Positions 51,625-61,523 of a stretch of DNA of 64,000 nucleotides are shown one piece after another. The stretch comes from Candidatus Tectimicrobiota bacterium (lineage in GTDB: Bacteria > JACPUC01), in contig JACPUC010000001.1 in NCBI GenBank assembly GCA_016192455.1, positions 124,001-188,000 on the forward strand, read 5' to 3'. A model generated the notes under the pieces. The model searched no databases and was not told the origin of the DNA. It worked only from the letters and a program-made list of their open reading frames with translations. The number at the start of each line of letters is the position of its first letter. Position 1 is the stretch's first letter. The translations under genes and the position numbers were made by a program.

Positions 51625-52740
51625 ATGGCCTTCGTGAGACGCACCCTCCTCATTGCCCTGGTGATCATCGCGGCGGCGCTGGCCCTTGCCGCCTACGCCG
51701 CGGTGGACCGCTTCGAGCTGGCCCTGCCGGGCAAGGTCTTCTCCTTCCCGGAGGACCACGCCTCGCATCCCAGCTTTCAGACGGAGTGGTGGTACCACAC
51801 CGGCCACCTGAAGACGAAGGAGGGCCGCAGCTTCGGCTTCGAGATCACCTTCTTCCGCCGCCGCACCGACAGCGGCGCGCTCTCGACCGACCCCTCGAGC
51901 TGGTCCGCCAAGCACCTCTACCTGGCGCACTTCGCGGTGACCGATGAGACCGCCCGCCGCTTCCGCTACGCCGAGAAGATCAACCGGCCCGGCCTCGGCG
52001 TGGCCGGGGCTGACGAGCTGCGCTACCACGTCTGGAACGAGGACTGGCTGGTCGAGCGCCTCGGCGGCGTCTTCCACCTGAAGGCGAGCATGGAGGGCTA
52101 CGCCGTCAACCTCATCCTGACGCCGGAGAAGCCGCCGGTCATCCACGGCGTGCCAGGGGAGGGCATGCACCGCAAGGGACCGGGGAAGGGCAACGCCTCG
52201 CACTACTACAGCATGACGCGCCTGCGCACCGAGGGCTTCCTGACGCTCGAGGGGCGTGCCCTCGAGGTGAGCGGCCACACCTGGATGGATCACGAATTCG
52301 GCAGCAACCAGTTGCGGCCGGAGGTGGCGGGCTGGGACTGGTTCAGCATGCAGCTTGACGACGGCACCGACCTCATGGTCTACCACCTGCGGCGCAAGGA
52401 CGGCGGCATCGACCCCTACTCCACCGGCAGCGTGGTTGGGGCCGACGGCTCCTCGCGTCATCTGCCGTTCGGCAGCTTCACCATCGCCGCCACGGGAAGC
52501 TGGACCAGCCCGCAGAGCGCCGCGCGCTACCCCATGGGCTGGCGGGTGGAAGTCCCCTCGGAGAAGCTGGCCGTGACCCTCGAGCCGGCGCTGGAAGACC
52601 AGGAGCTGGTCACCAAGGCCTCGACGCGCGTCACCTACTGGGAAGGAAGCGTCCGCATTCGCGGCACGAAAGCCGGCAAGCCGATCAGCGGCCTGGGCTA
52701 CGTGGAGATGGTCGGGTACGCCAAGCCGATCGAGCTGTGA
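51625..52740 (+). CDS. Lipocalin-like AttH/CrtC family protein
   Basis: FPEDHASHP, TEWWY, YYSMTR, WMDHEF, GWDWF, YWEG, GYVEM. Confidence 0.88.
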   Translation: MAFVRRTLLIALVIIAAALALAAYAAVDRFELALPGKVFSFPEDHASHPSFQTEWWYHTGHLKTKEGRSFGFEITFFRRRTDSGALSTDPSSWSAKHLYLAHFAVTDETARRFRYAEKINRPGLGVAGADELRYHVWNEDWLVERLGGVFHLKASMEGYAVNLILTPEKPPVIHGVPGEGMHRKGPGKGNASHYYSMTRLRTEGFLTLEGRALEVSGHTWMDHEFGSNQLRPEVAGWDWFSMQLDDGTDLMVYHLRRKDGGIDPYSTGSVVGADGSSRHLPFGSFTIAATGSWTSPQSAARYPMGWRVEVPSEKLAVTLEPALEDQELVTKASTRVTYWEGSVRIRGTKAGKPISGLGYVEMVGYAKPIEL

Positions 52741-52891
52741 GAGGGGGCCGGTGGTGGGCGCGAGCCTGGGTGGCTAGTGATTTCATTCACCCTCAACGCC
52801 CCCGCTCTGACGGCCTAATTGTTGCTTGTAATATAAGCTGCAGTGTGCTACCAGGGACTTGGTAAGTACCAAGCGGAGAAGGGAGAGGGCC

Positions 52892-53449
52892 ATGAGACTC
52901 GTATTCAACGAACGCAAGGCAGCCCAAGCGGCCGCGTTTCTACTTCGCCTCCATGGTGGAAGCATGAATTACATGGCCCTCATTAAATTACTCTATTTGG
53001 CGGACCGCCAAGCATTGGTGGAGACAGGATTACCTATTACGGGAGACAAAATGGTATCAATGCCGCATGGTCCTGTACTAAGCTTAATCTATGACAGAAT
53101 TAACCTCGGGAATCCCCATGATTCAACTGCCTGGTTTGAATATATCACGGAGCCAACCCATTACGAGGTAGAATTAGCCAAACAAGGTGAAGAAACGGAC
53201 GAGTTGTCTCGATATGAGATGAACGTGCTTCAACTCATCTACAATCAATATGGTAGCTTGGATAAATGGCTTCTGCGAGACGTAACGCATACCTTGCCAG
53301 AATGGGAAGATCCCCACGGGTCGTCAATGCCGATAGACCCTGCTGACATCCTCCGAGCTGCCGGGAAGTCACCGAAGGAGATTGAAAGAATCGTCGCCGA
53401 TGCGGAAGAACTCTGCTTCTTCAATTCTCTCGATCGGCCTACCAAATGA
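52892..53449 (+). CDS. Panacea domain (DUF4065/SocA-like) antitoxin
   Basis: LIKLLYLADR...GLPITGD...MPHGPV...H..PEW; AT-rich islet. Confidence 0.85.
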   Translation: MRLVFNERKAAQAAAFLLRLHGGSMNYMALIKLLYLADRQALVETGLPITGDKMVSMPHGPVLSLIYDRINLGNPHDSTAWFEYITEPTHYEVELAKQGEETDELSRYEMNVLQLIYNQYGSLDKWLLRDVTHTLPEWEDPHGSSMPIDPADILRAAGKSPKEIERIVADAEELCFFNSLDRPTK

Positions 53450-53832
53450 ATCTCCGCGATTCATTCCTCAACCATAATCCGGGTAGCTACACGCACCTGT
53501 GGATTGTAGCTTCTAATCCGAGTTTGGACGGCTCCAGGGTTATTTTCAATGTAACAACCTGGCATGACGGATGCGATGAGAGCTGCATTCTTCAGGCGGG
53601 AGATCATCCCTTTGTGCATCATAAGTCCTTTATTGCCTACCGGAGAGGACAATTACTTCTTTCACAGGCCTTAGAAATTATGCAGAAGATGGGGTACTAT
53701 CAGCAGATGCCGCCTGTCTCTAGGGAACTGCTGTATAGAATTCAATCTGGTGCGCTAAAATCCGACTTTACCGCCCAACGCCTCCAGAAGCTTGTGAGGG
53801 AGTCAATGATTGAGCCACCGGAGCTTTCTTAG
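53446..53832 (+). CDS. Hypothetical protein, candidate toxin partner of Panacea (PemK/MazF-like pattern)
   Basis: ATGA overlap with the Panacea gene; HLWIV...NVTT...DESCIL..GDHPF....S.I.Y. Confidence 0.7.
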   Translation: MNLRDSFLNHNPGSYTHLWIVASNPSLDGSRVIFNVTTWHDGCDESCILQAGDHPFVHHKSFIAYRRGQLLLSQALEIMQKMGYYQQMPPVSRELLYRIQSGALKSDFTAQRLQKLVRESMIEPPELS

Positions 53833-54010
53833 TCAATGTGCTAGCTGTTTCCTTTAGCAACCTTATCACACAGTTGGTGGGATAACTTTACAAGATGGCA
53901 AGCAAGAAGATACTATACTCACAAAACGTATGGCGATTGCCTTCTCACGATGGTACGATAGAACAACTGTGGCATCCCTACGTCAGGACCCCAGCAATGA
54001 GTACCGCGGT

Positions 54011-54928
54011 ATGAAAATCTGCGTCCTCGGCGGCGGCGGCACCCTCGGCTCGGCGGCGGCGTACACCCTTGCAGAGCATGAGCTGGCCGAGGAGATCGTC
54101 CTCCTCGACACCAGTGAGAACCTGGCGCGCTGTCACGCCATCGACATCAACCATGCCATGGCCTGGCACAGCACCACTCAGGTGCGCGTTGGTGGGCAGG
54201 CGGACCTGGCGGGGGCGGGCATCGTCCTCTGCTGCGCCGGCGCGCCGCGGGTGGCGGCGGCGTCGCGTCTCCAGTACCTGAACGCCGGCGCGGCGATCAT
54301 CCGCGAGCTGGTGGCCGACCTCGACCGTTACTGCCCCGACGCCGTCATCATCACGGCCACCAACCCGATCGACACCATGAACGCCCTCCTGCACCGGCAC
54401 TCGCGGCGGCCGCGCGAGCGCCTCCTGGGCTACAACCGCAACGACACGTCGCGCTTCCGCTGGCTGGTGGCGCGCGATTTCGGCGTGCCGGTCACGGAGG
54501 TGGAGGCGTTCGTGATGGGCGAGCACGGCGATTCCCAGGTGCCGATCTTCTCGCGGGTGCGCATCAACGGCAAGCCGCTGGAGATCAGCCCGGAGCAGAA
54601 GGATTCCATGCGGGCAGGCATCGACTACTTCTGGAGGGAATGGCAGGAGCTGCGCGTGCCCCGCACCCCCGGCTGGACCTCGGCGCAGGGCTTCCGCGAT
54701 CTCGTCGAGGCGATCGTCACCGACAGCGGCCGCCTGCAACCCGCTTCGATCAACCTCGAAGGGGAGTACGGCCACACGGGCATCAGCATCGGCGTGCCCT
54801 GCCGCCTCGGCGCCGGGGGGATGAAGGAGGTCGCGAGGTGGGAATTGGCGCCGGATGAGCGGGCGGCGTTCGACGCCTCGGTGGAGAAGATGCGGGAGGT
54901 GCTGGCCAGCCTGGAGGAGGGGAGCTAG
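54011..54928 (+). CDS. Malate/lactate dehydrogenase family protein
   Basis: GGGGTLG Rossmann loop, AGAPR, TNPID, DTSR, GEHGD. Confidence 0.9.
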   Translation: MKICVLGGGGTLGSAAAYTLAEHELAEEIVLLDTSENLARCHAIDINHAMAWHSTTQVRVGGQADLAGAGIVLCCAGAPRVAAASRLQYLNAGAAIIRELVADLDRYCPDAVIITATNPIDTMNALLHRHSRRPRERLLGYNRNDTSRFRWLVARDFGVPVTEVEAFVMGEHGDSQVPIFSRVRINGKPLEISPEQKDSMRAGIDYFWREWQELRVPRTPGWTSAQGFRDLVEAIVTDSGRLQPASINLEGEYGHTGISIGVPCRLGAGGMKEVARWELAPDERAAFDASVEKMREVLASLEEGS

Positions 54929-54993
54929 CGTCGCGTCGCCAACGCTCGTTCGCTGGAAAGCCAGCGTTATTTCCAATCCAAGGCAGGTGCTCT

Positions 54994-55053
54994 GCGAGGA
55001 AGCCTCGCCCCCTCGCGCACCCCATTCGCGCGAGCTGCCGCGCAGCTCGCGGG
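54994..55053 (+). repeat. REP-like element family A copy 2
   Basis: GCGAGG...CCCCTCGCGCACCCC...GCGAGCTGCCGCGCAGCTCGC. Confidence 0.8.
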
Positions 55054-55111
55054 CCGCAGACATCCGCCAGGAAGAGCGGAGCCGCCTGCAAGCGCCTAGA
55101 AGGAGGGGAGG

Positions 55112-55606
55112 ATGGCCGAATTGCGCGACGAGATCAAGCCGGTTGCTGGTGGGTCGTACGATTACACCGACTTGCGCGGGGTGAACTGCGCCGGCGCCAA
55201 CCTCGAGGAGGCGCGCTTCTACCGCAGCCGCTTGGTGGATGCCGCCCTGCAGGGCGCCAACCTGCGGCGCGCCTACCTCTTCGAGGCGGACCTCGAAGGG
55301 GCGGACCTCAGCAACGCCGACCTGCGCGGCGCCTTCCTCACCGAGGCGAACCTCAAATATTGCAACTTCAGCGGCGCTAACCTGGCCGGCGCCAATCTCT
55401 CCGGCAGCAAGCTCACCGGCGCCAACTTTCGGGGCGCCAACCTCAGCAAGGCGATCCTCGCCCGCATCAACTTCAATGGCGCGGACCTGCGGGAGGCCAC
55501 GCTCGACGGCGCGTTCATGTATGAGTCCACCTTCAAGGGCGCCCTGCTGGACGACCTGAGCAAGGCGGTCTACATGCAGCGCCCGCCGTTCACCAACGCG
55601 CCGTAG
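55112..55606 (+). CDS. Pentapeptide repeat protein
   Basis: A(D/N)Lxx repeats throughout; strong RBS. Confidence 0.93.
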   Translation: MAELRDEIKPVAGGSYDYTDLRGVNCAGANLEEARFYRSRLVDAALQGANLRRAYLFEADLEGADLSNADLRGAFLTEANLKYCNFSGANLAGANLSGSKLTGANFRGANLSKAILARINFNGADLREATLDGAFMYESTFKGALLDDLSKAVYMQRPPFTNAP

Positions 55607-55645
55607 CCTGCCGCGGAGGTTGCACCTCGGCCCCCATCCAGCCGT

Positions 55646-56881
55646 TCACCGTGGGCGCCTTTCCGCCTCTCCGAGGCCGCACTGCGTGACGCCCCCCGTG
55701 GCGTGGAGCCGCGTCCGGCGCCAGAGGCGCAGGCCGTGTGCGGCGTGGTAGAGCGGCCCCGGCGCGGCGTGCTCCACGACGCTCCGCAGGATGCGCCGGG
55801 CCAGGCCTCCTGCCGTCTCCCCAAGCCAGTCTTCCCGGCACGGCGGGCTGCCGCAGGCGAGCGTCAGCCATTCGAGCATGTGCCCCGTCTTCAGCAGCAC
55901 GTCATCATCCCCATCCGGTCCCTCTCCCTGCCGCGCCTCGGCCGCCCACCACGCCCCGGCGTAGAGCCCGTCGGCGCGGCGCCACGCCTCCGCGGCGCGA
56001 ATCCGCTGCCGCAGCACCGCCCGGAGCGCCGGCTGGCGCTCGAGGACGGAACGCCGCGCCTGCTCCTCCGCAGGGAGTCCCCCCGGCTCCTTCGCCTCGG
56101 CTTCCCGCAGACGGCAAAGGGCGTAGGCCAGCCCGTAGAGGCGATGCGTTCCCCCCTCGATGTCATCCTCGTAGCTCAGCAGGATGTCCAGCAGGTCGGC
56201 TGTCGAGTAGCGCTCTCCCAGAGCGTTGCGCCAGGTGGCGAAGGGTCCGAGGTAGTGCAGGAAGGCGACGCTGGTCCAGGCCGGGTGCTGCCGGCGGTGG
56301 AAGACGGCGGTGGCCTGGCCCAGCAGGTCGGTCAGCCGCACCTGCCGCCCGGCGCCGGTCCGCAGGGGGAACGAGGCGGGCACGCCGGCCTCGGCGAAGA
56401 TCATCAGAAACTGGTTTTCGTGCCCTTGCGCCGCGCGGTCGAAAAGGAAGTGAGGGTAGCCGCTGGTCTCGGTAAGCAGCGCCACCTCCCTGCCCTCGCG
56501 GCGGATCGTGGCGCGCTGGGCGATGAATTCGAGGGCGCTGGTCATCTCCCCGCTGCCGCGCTCGAGGATGCGGAGGTCGGCGCCAAAAGCCAGGATGCCG
56601 TGCATGATCACCCACGGGTCGTCCGCGGTGGTCAAGCGCCGCGCCCGCACGCGCTCGAGCGCGTGCGCCACCATGGGTTCGAGCGCAGGCTGGGAACGGA
56701 CCGCCGCCCCCATCGTGCCCGCCGGCGCTCGGGGCACGGCGGGGTCCTGCCACGGCGAGGCGGCCGGGGGCTCGGTGGAGTGGGAGTGCGGCAACGCTGG
56801 GGCGGAGCAAAGGAAGAGGCTTAGGAGTGCGAGGACACCCGACCTCATCAGCCGGCGGCAGGACCGAGAGGGGCTGTGCAT
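55646..56881 (-). CDS. Hypothetical exported protein with several His-containing motifs
   Basis: Signal peptide; PWVIMHG, QGHENQF, GGTHRLY, TGHMLEW, LYHAAHGL. Confidence 0.7.
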   Translation of the reverse strand: MHSPSRSCRRLMRSGVLALLSLFLCSAPALPHSHSTEPPAASPWQDPAVPRAPAGTMGAAVRSQPALEPMVAHALERVRARRLTTADDPWVIMHGILAFGADLRILERGSGEMTSALEFIAQRATIRREGREVALLTETSGYPHFLFDRAAQGHENQFLMIFAEAGVPASFPLRTGAGRQVRLTDLLGQATAVFHRRQHPAWTSVAFLHYLGPFATWRNALGERYSTADLLDILLSYEDDIEGGTHRLYGLAYALCRLREAEAKEPGGLPAEEQARRSVLERQPALRAVLRQRIRAAEAWRRADGLYAGAWWAAEARQGEGPDGDDDVLLKTGHMLEWLTLACGSPPCREDWLGETAGGLARRILRSVVEHAAPGPLYHAAHGLRLWRRTRLHATGGVTQCGLGEAERRPR

Positions 56882-56895
56882 GGGCTGGGGGGGGA

Positions 56896-58098
56896 CTACG
56901 GCTGGGGGACAAGGTAGAGCAGGCGCTTCAGACCAGCCACCTCACCGACGACGCGGCGCGAACCAAGACTGGGGCGGGAGGCCACGATGCGCCCCATCTC
57001 CTCGTCGCCCCCCTGACCGTCCGCGGCGATGGCGAAGAACTCGTCATTGTCAGCCGACCAGATGGGCGAGCGCAGGCCAAACCCCTCCGCCGGGGACATG
57101 ATGATGCGCTGCCGCTCGAAGTCGTAGACGCCGATTCCCGGCGGCGCGGTGAAGGCGAGCAGGCGGCCGTCCGGCGACCAGCGCTCCTGGGCCCGCAGCG
57201 CATCGCTGAATCGCCACCGCACCCTCTTCGCCTCGACATCGACGACGAGGAGGTCGTCCTGTTGCCTCAGCAGGTTGCTGCGGTAGAGAACGACGGACCG
57301 TCCGCTCGGAGACCAGGTCGCCGTCGAATGATAAAGGAGGCGGTCGCTGAGGAGCATCGTGCGCGTGCCATTGCGCAAGCTGAGGAGATAGGCGCCACCG
57401 CGATTGCCGTCGATGTAGAGGGCCCGCTGTCCATCGGGCGAGGGGAAGAAGCCGTGCGCCTGGACATCGTAGACCTTCTGCAGACGCTCGCTCTCCTGCT
57501 CGACGAGGCTGTAGCGCTGCTGGCGCTGCGACCACACCGCCGGCCCGATGTCCACCAGCGGGCCGCTGAGCTTCATCGCATACCACTGGTTGACCGGATA
57601 GGCGAAGGAGAGGTAGATACGGCTGCCATCGACCGACCAAGGCAGACGCCGGAGGAGGGGATTGAGATTGATGAACTGCTGCGAGTTCATGCTGGCCGAG
57701 GTGCTGAGGACGGCGCGCGACTGGCCGAGCCGGGTGTCCGCCAGGTAGACCGTGTCAATCGGATCGCCGAGGTAGACGAAGTTGCGCCCATTCGGGGCCA
57801 GCGTCACGGCGCGCTCGCGGAAGCCATTTGTGGTGAGGCGCCGCGGCGCCTCGCCCTTGGTGTTGAAGAGGTAGACCTCTTCATCCTCGTTGTTCAAGAT
57901 GCCGTCGCCGTTGGTGTCGCCCTGGGCGAGTGAGGTGAAGAGGATGTGCTGTTCCGCTTCCTCCCCCGCGAAAAGGGGCGCCGGAAGGAGCAGCAGCACG
58001 GCAACGGCTGGCACAAGCCAGAACCAGAAGAACAACCGGGAAGCACCCGTACCGCATCGCTGCGTCTGCCCACTCGCCGAGTGCACGTCCTGCGCCAT
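56896..58098 (-). CDS. TolB-like (PD40) beta-propeller exported protein
   Basis: Repeated WSPDG/SPDG/WSPSG; DTNGDG EF-hand-like motif. Confidence 0.8.
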   Translation of the reverse strand: MAQDVHSASGQTQRCGTGASRLFFWFWLVPAVAVLLLLPAPLFAGEEAEQHILFTSLAQGDTNGDGILNNEDEEVYLFNTKGEAPRRLTTNGFRERAVTLAPNGRNFVYLGDPIDTVYLADTRLGQSRAVLSTSASMNSQQFINLNPLLRRLPWSVDGSRIYLSFAYPVNQWYAMKLSGPLVDIGPAVWSQRQQRYSLVEQESERLQKVYDVQAHGFFPSPDGQRALYIDGNRGGAYLLSLRNGTRTMLLSDRLLYHSTATWSPSGRSVVLYRSNLLRQQDDLLVVDVEAKRVRWRFSDALRAQERWSPDGRLLAFTAPPGIGVYDFERQRIIMSPAEGFGLRSPIWSADNDEFFAIAADGQGGDEEMGRIVASRPSLGSRRVVGEVAGLKRLLYLVPQP

Positions 58099-58174
58099 GG
58101 GAGATGCCCTTCCAGTTACGGCGCGCGCACTGCCCCACCCTGGTGCCGGCGCGCGCCTCCGCCTCGGCTGCCGC

Positions 58175-59152
58175 TTACTTCAGCTCGAACTCGACGCGCC
58201 GGTTCAAGGCGCGCCCTTCCCGGGTCTGATTCGTCGCCACCGGCTGGGACTCGCCGCGTCCCACCGCGTCGATGCGTTGACGAGCGATCCCCTTGCTTTC
58301 GAGATACCTGCGAACGCTGTTGGCGCGCCGCTCCGAGAGGGCCTGATTGTACGCGTTGGTGCCGGTCCAATCGGTGTGGCCCACCACGAGCACGCGCACC
58401 TCATCGTACTCCTTCAGGTATTCCGCCACCTCGTTCAGGATGGGCTGGGAATCGGCACGCAGGTCGAACTTATCGAAATCGAAGTGCACGTTGCGCAGGA
58501 CGATGCGGCGGCGCGCCCGCGGCCGGATGGCGATGCGGTGCGTGGCCTCGCCCGCGGCGCCTTTCGGATCGCGGACCACCAGGGTGACGGTGTACTCGCC
58601 CTCGGCGTCGTAAGTGACCTGCGGCTTCGGCTCCTGCGAGCGCATCCCGTTACCGAAATCCCAGGCATAGGTAAGGGGGTCGCCATCCGGATCGGAGGAG
58701 GCCGTGCCGTCAAACGCCGCGGGTTGCTTCGCCTGCCCCAGGGTCGGCCCATTGATCACCGCCCCGGGCGGCCGATTCGGCGGCGGCATGGGCGCCGGCG
58801 CCGGCTTCGGGGGCTCCGGCTTCGGCGGCGGTGGCGGCGGCGGCGGCGGCTTCATCGCCTCGGTCTTCGCCATCATGGCCTTTTCCTGGGCCTCGAGGGA
58901 CAGCCGCTCGGCCTCATCGAGCCGGCACTCCTTCTCGTACACGTCACGGGCCTGCTTGTCGAGCTGCTCCGCCACACGCATCAACTCCGGGGCTTTCGCC
59001 GGCGCGTTCGCCTTGCGGGCCTCCTGGATTGCGGCGGCGGTTTGATCGAACTGTTCGAGGGTCCTCACGTTGGCGCATCCGGCCAGGAACACGGCCGCCG
59101 CAACCAGGCCAAGACGGACACCCCATCGCTCGTTCCAGAATTTCTGCCGCAT
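58175..59152 (-). CDS. OmpA-family lipoprotein with DUF4398-like helical, Pro-rich and PKD domains
   Basis: Lipobox LAGC; SSDPDGDPLTYAWDFG (PKD); VHFDFDK, GHTD, LSERRA, NRRVE. Confidence 0.9.
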   Translation of the reverse strand: MRQKFWNERWGVRLGLVAAAVFLAGCANVRTLEQFDQTAAAIQEARKANAPAKAPELMRVAEQLDKQARDVYEKECRLDEAERLSLEAQEKAMMAKTEAMKPPPPPPPPPKPEPPKPAPAPMPPPNRPPGAVINGPTLGQAKQPAAFDGTASSDPDGDPLTYAWDFGNGMRSQEPKPQVTYDAEGEYTVTLVVRDPKGAAGEATHRIAIRPRARRRIVLRNVHFDFDKFDLRADSQPILNEVAEYLKEYDEVRVLVVGHTDWTGTNAYNQALSERRANSVRRYLESKGIARQRIDAVGRGESQPVATNQTREGRALNRRVEFELK

Positions 59153-59426
59153 CGTCACTACCTCCGCCTTGGTCCCGCTGCTCCGCACCAGACAGAGCTG
59201 GAAACCATGGGTCTGGAGCTCGATGGGGGTAGCATGTCGCAGGGCGTGCAACCTTGTCAATCGCATTTTCACTTCCCTTGCCGCCGTCCTTCCAAGTCTC
59301 TGGTTTCACGCGCCGAAGGCGAAAGCGCGGAAAAGCCCCGGGGGGCCCCGGCGGGATGGCGCCAAGCAGCCGGTCGCCACACCTCACGCCGCGGGGGCCG
59401 TCCGAGCGGCTGCCGCGCCGGTCGCC

Positions 59427-59455
59427 TTGACCGAAAGGCGGTCGAAGGATACACT
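59427..59455 (+). promoter_or_regulatory. sigma70-type promoter of the second ubiD-like gene
   Basis: TTGACC-N17-TACACT, about 50 bp before the ATG. Confidence 0.6.
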
Positions 59456-59505
59456 GCGGCGGTCTGTAAGCACGTGTCGCCGTCTTCGTAGCGGGGAGAG
59501 ACTCG

Positions 59506-60939
59506 ATGGCCAAGGATATGCGCTCATGGATTGCTCAGTTGGATGAGGCGGGGTTGCTGGCGCGAATAACGAAAGCGGTTGATCCGCGCACGCAGATGGG
59601 GGCGTTGCTCTGGCAGGCGCGCGACCGAGCGCTCTTCTTCGAGAACCTGACGGGGTTTCCAGGCTGGCGTTGCCTTGGCCAGGCGCCGGGGGACATCGAC
59701 TACGCGGCCCTGGCGTTCGAGTGCGAGCGCGATGAGATGGTGCCCGAGTTCGTGCGGCGTTCGGATGTCCTCGGCGCCACGCGCATGGTGAGCAGCGGCC
59801 CGGTGAAGGAGAGGGTGCTGATCGGCGATGCGATTGACATCACGACATGGCCGATCCACCAGGCCGGCATTCGGGACGGCGGCCCCTTCATCGCCTCGGG
59901 TCTGATGATCGCCAAGAACCCCAAGAACAACCGCCGCAACATGAGCTTCCACCGCCTGCAGTTGAAAGGGCCGCGGAAGACCGGCGCGCTCCTCTATCCC
60001 CGGCACAACTGGCTCAACTTCCAGGCCTACGAGACCAACGGCAAGGCGATGCCGGTGGCCATCATGATCGGCCACCACCCGATGTACTACTTCGCCGCGG
60101 CCACCACCACGGAATATGGCGTCGATGAACTCGAGATCGCCTCCTCCCTCCTCGAGGAAGAGGTGGAACTGGTGAAGTGCGAGACGGTGGACATCGAGGT
60201 GCCGGCGCACGCCGAGATCGTCATCGAGGGGGAGATTCTGGCGCACGTGCGCGAGGAGGAGGGCCCCTTCAGCGAGTTCCAGGATTACTACCTGGCCGGA
60301 GCGGGGAAGCACCCGGTGCTGCAGATTTCCGCCGTCACCATGCGCAAGGACGCCATCTTCAAGAACATCCAGAACGGCGCCGAAGTGGAGGGCTGCGTCT
60401 ACCACAAGGTGCCGATGTCGGGGCAGATTCTGCGCCGCATCCGCACCGTGGGCGGCTATGCCGACATCAAGAACGTTCTGGTGCTGCCGGGCATCTTCGG
60501 CGTGGTGATCCAGATGACGCCGCGCTACCACGGCGAGGCGAAGAACGTCATGATGGCCGCCCTCTCCGGCGAGTACCACCATCCCAAGGTCGTCATTGCC
60601 GTCGATGAGGACGTGGACATCTTCAACTACGCCGATGTCCTCTGGGCGCTGTCGACGCGGGTGAACGCGCAGGAAGACGTGGTGGTGATCCCGGGCACCA
60701 AGGTCCACGCCATGGATCCCGCCTGTCCCCAGTTCGGCACCCCAGGCTCGCCGGGTTGGCATCGCGTCGGCGGCAAGATGATGATCGACGCCACCAAGCC
60801 ACCCACCTGCGACCCGGATCGCCGCTTCGAGTTCGAGCGCCTCTACCCGATGGGCGGCGAGACGGTGCGCCTGGAAGATTACTTGCCCGCCGGCTCGCCG
60901 CCGATGCGCAAACGCGGCACGGTGCCGGCGCGCCCGTGA
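59506..60939 (+). CDS. UbiD family prFMN-dependent (de)carboxylase
   Basis: DGGPFI, RNMSFHRLQ, EEGPFSEF, VDEDVD, WALSTR, IDATKP. Confidence 0.93.
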   Translation: MAKDMRSWIAQLDEAGLLARITKAVDPRTQMGALLWQARDRALFFENLTGFPGWRCLGQAPGDIDYAALAFECERDEMVPEFVRRSDVLGATRMVSSGPVKERVLIGDAIDITTWPIHQAGIRDGGPFIASGLMIAKNPKNNRRNMSFHRLQLKGPRKTGALLYPRHNWLNFQAYETNGKAMPVAIMIGHHPMYYFAAATTTEYGVDELEIASSLLEEEVELVKCETVDIEVPAHAEIVIEGEILAHVREEEGPFSEFQDYYLAGAGKHPVLQISAVTMRKDAIFKNIQNGAEVEGCVYHKVPMSGQILRRIRTVGGYADIKNVLVLPGIFGVVIQMTPRYHGEAKNVMMAALSGEYHHPKVVIAVDEDVDIFNYADVLWALSTRVNAQEDVVVIPGTKVHAMDPACPQFGTPGSPGWHRVGGKMMIDATKPPTCDPDRRFEFERLYPMGGETVRLEDYLPAGSPPMRKRGTVPARP

Positions 60940-61119
60940 GGGTGCGCGGTTCTTACCCTGCCGAGCGCAGGGAGCGGCTGCCGGCACGAGGTCGGCAGCC
61001 GCTCGATTTTCGGCGCCCCCTTGCAGCCATTCCTCTTCCTGCAACGGCTTGCGGCCGGCGAAAAAAAGCCGCGGCTCAAGGCTGTTGACGTAGGGCAGCG
61101 ACTGTTCCAAAATCGGCGA

Positions 61120-61435
61120 GGGCTGCCTGGTCCCCCACCTGCGATGCACCAGCCCAGCCGTTTCTTCTGAAGTCGGGTTGCCTCCCGAGCCTCACTCCCC
61201 CGGCGAAATCAGGTACGGAACGAGGTGCTGATGATGGGCCTTCTCCCCGCTGCCGGCACTCCACCCAGGGAAGTCCCCCGCCGTCGTCACGATCGGGGTG
61301 ACGACGGCCGCCAGAAGATCCCTGGGGCCGCCGCTGGGGTTCTTGAACGGCGCGGCGTCGTGAGAACGCCCGCCTTCTCGCGGCGCGGGGGACAGAGCGG
61401 GGAAGGGCGTGACGATAAAGCGGTGGCTGGGCCGC
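61120..61435 (+). ncRNA. Candidate structured RNA or leader (family not recognised)
   Basis: Upstream TTGACG-N17-CAAAAT; five nested stems and a 7-bp pseudoknot; no convincing ORF. Confidence 0.35.
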
Positions 61436-61523
61436 GGCGGTTTTCCCATAATGTACAGGCGTTACTGGCAATGCCTGCGCGGCGGTGCCCGTGCGGGAAA
61501 CGATAGACGTTGAAAGGTGGTCG

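Noticed and set aside
61208-61230. SRP RNA-like TCAGGTACGGAACGAGG
   Set aside because: Bases flanking GGAA do not form the SRP helix-8 stem, and the AGCAG motif is missing.
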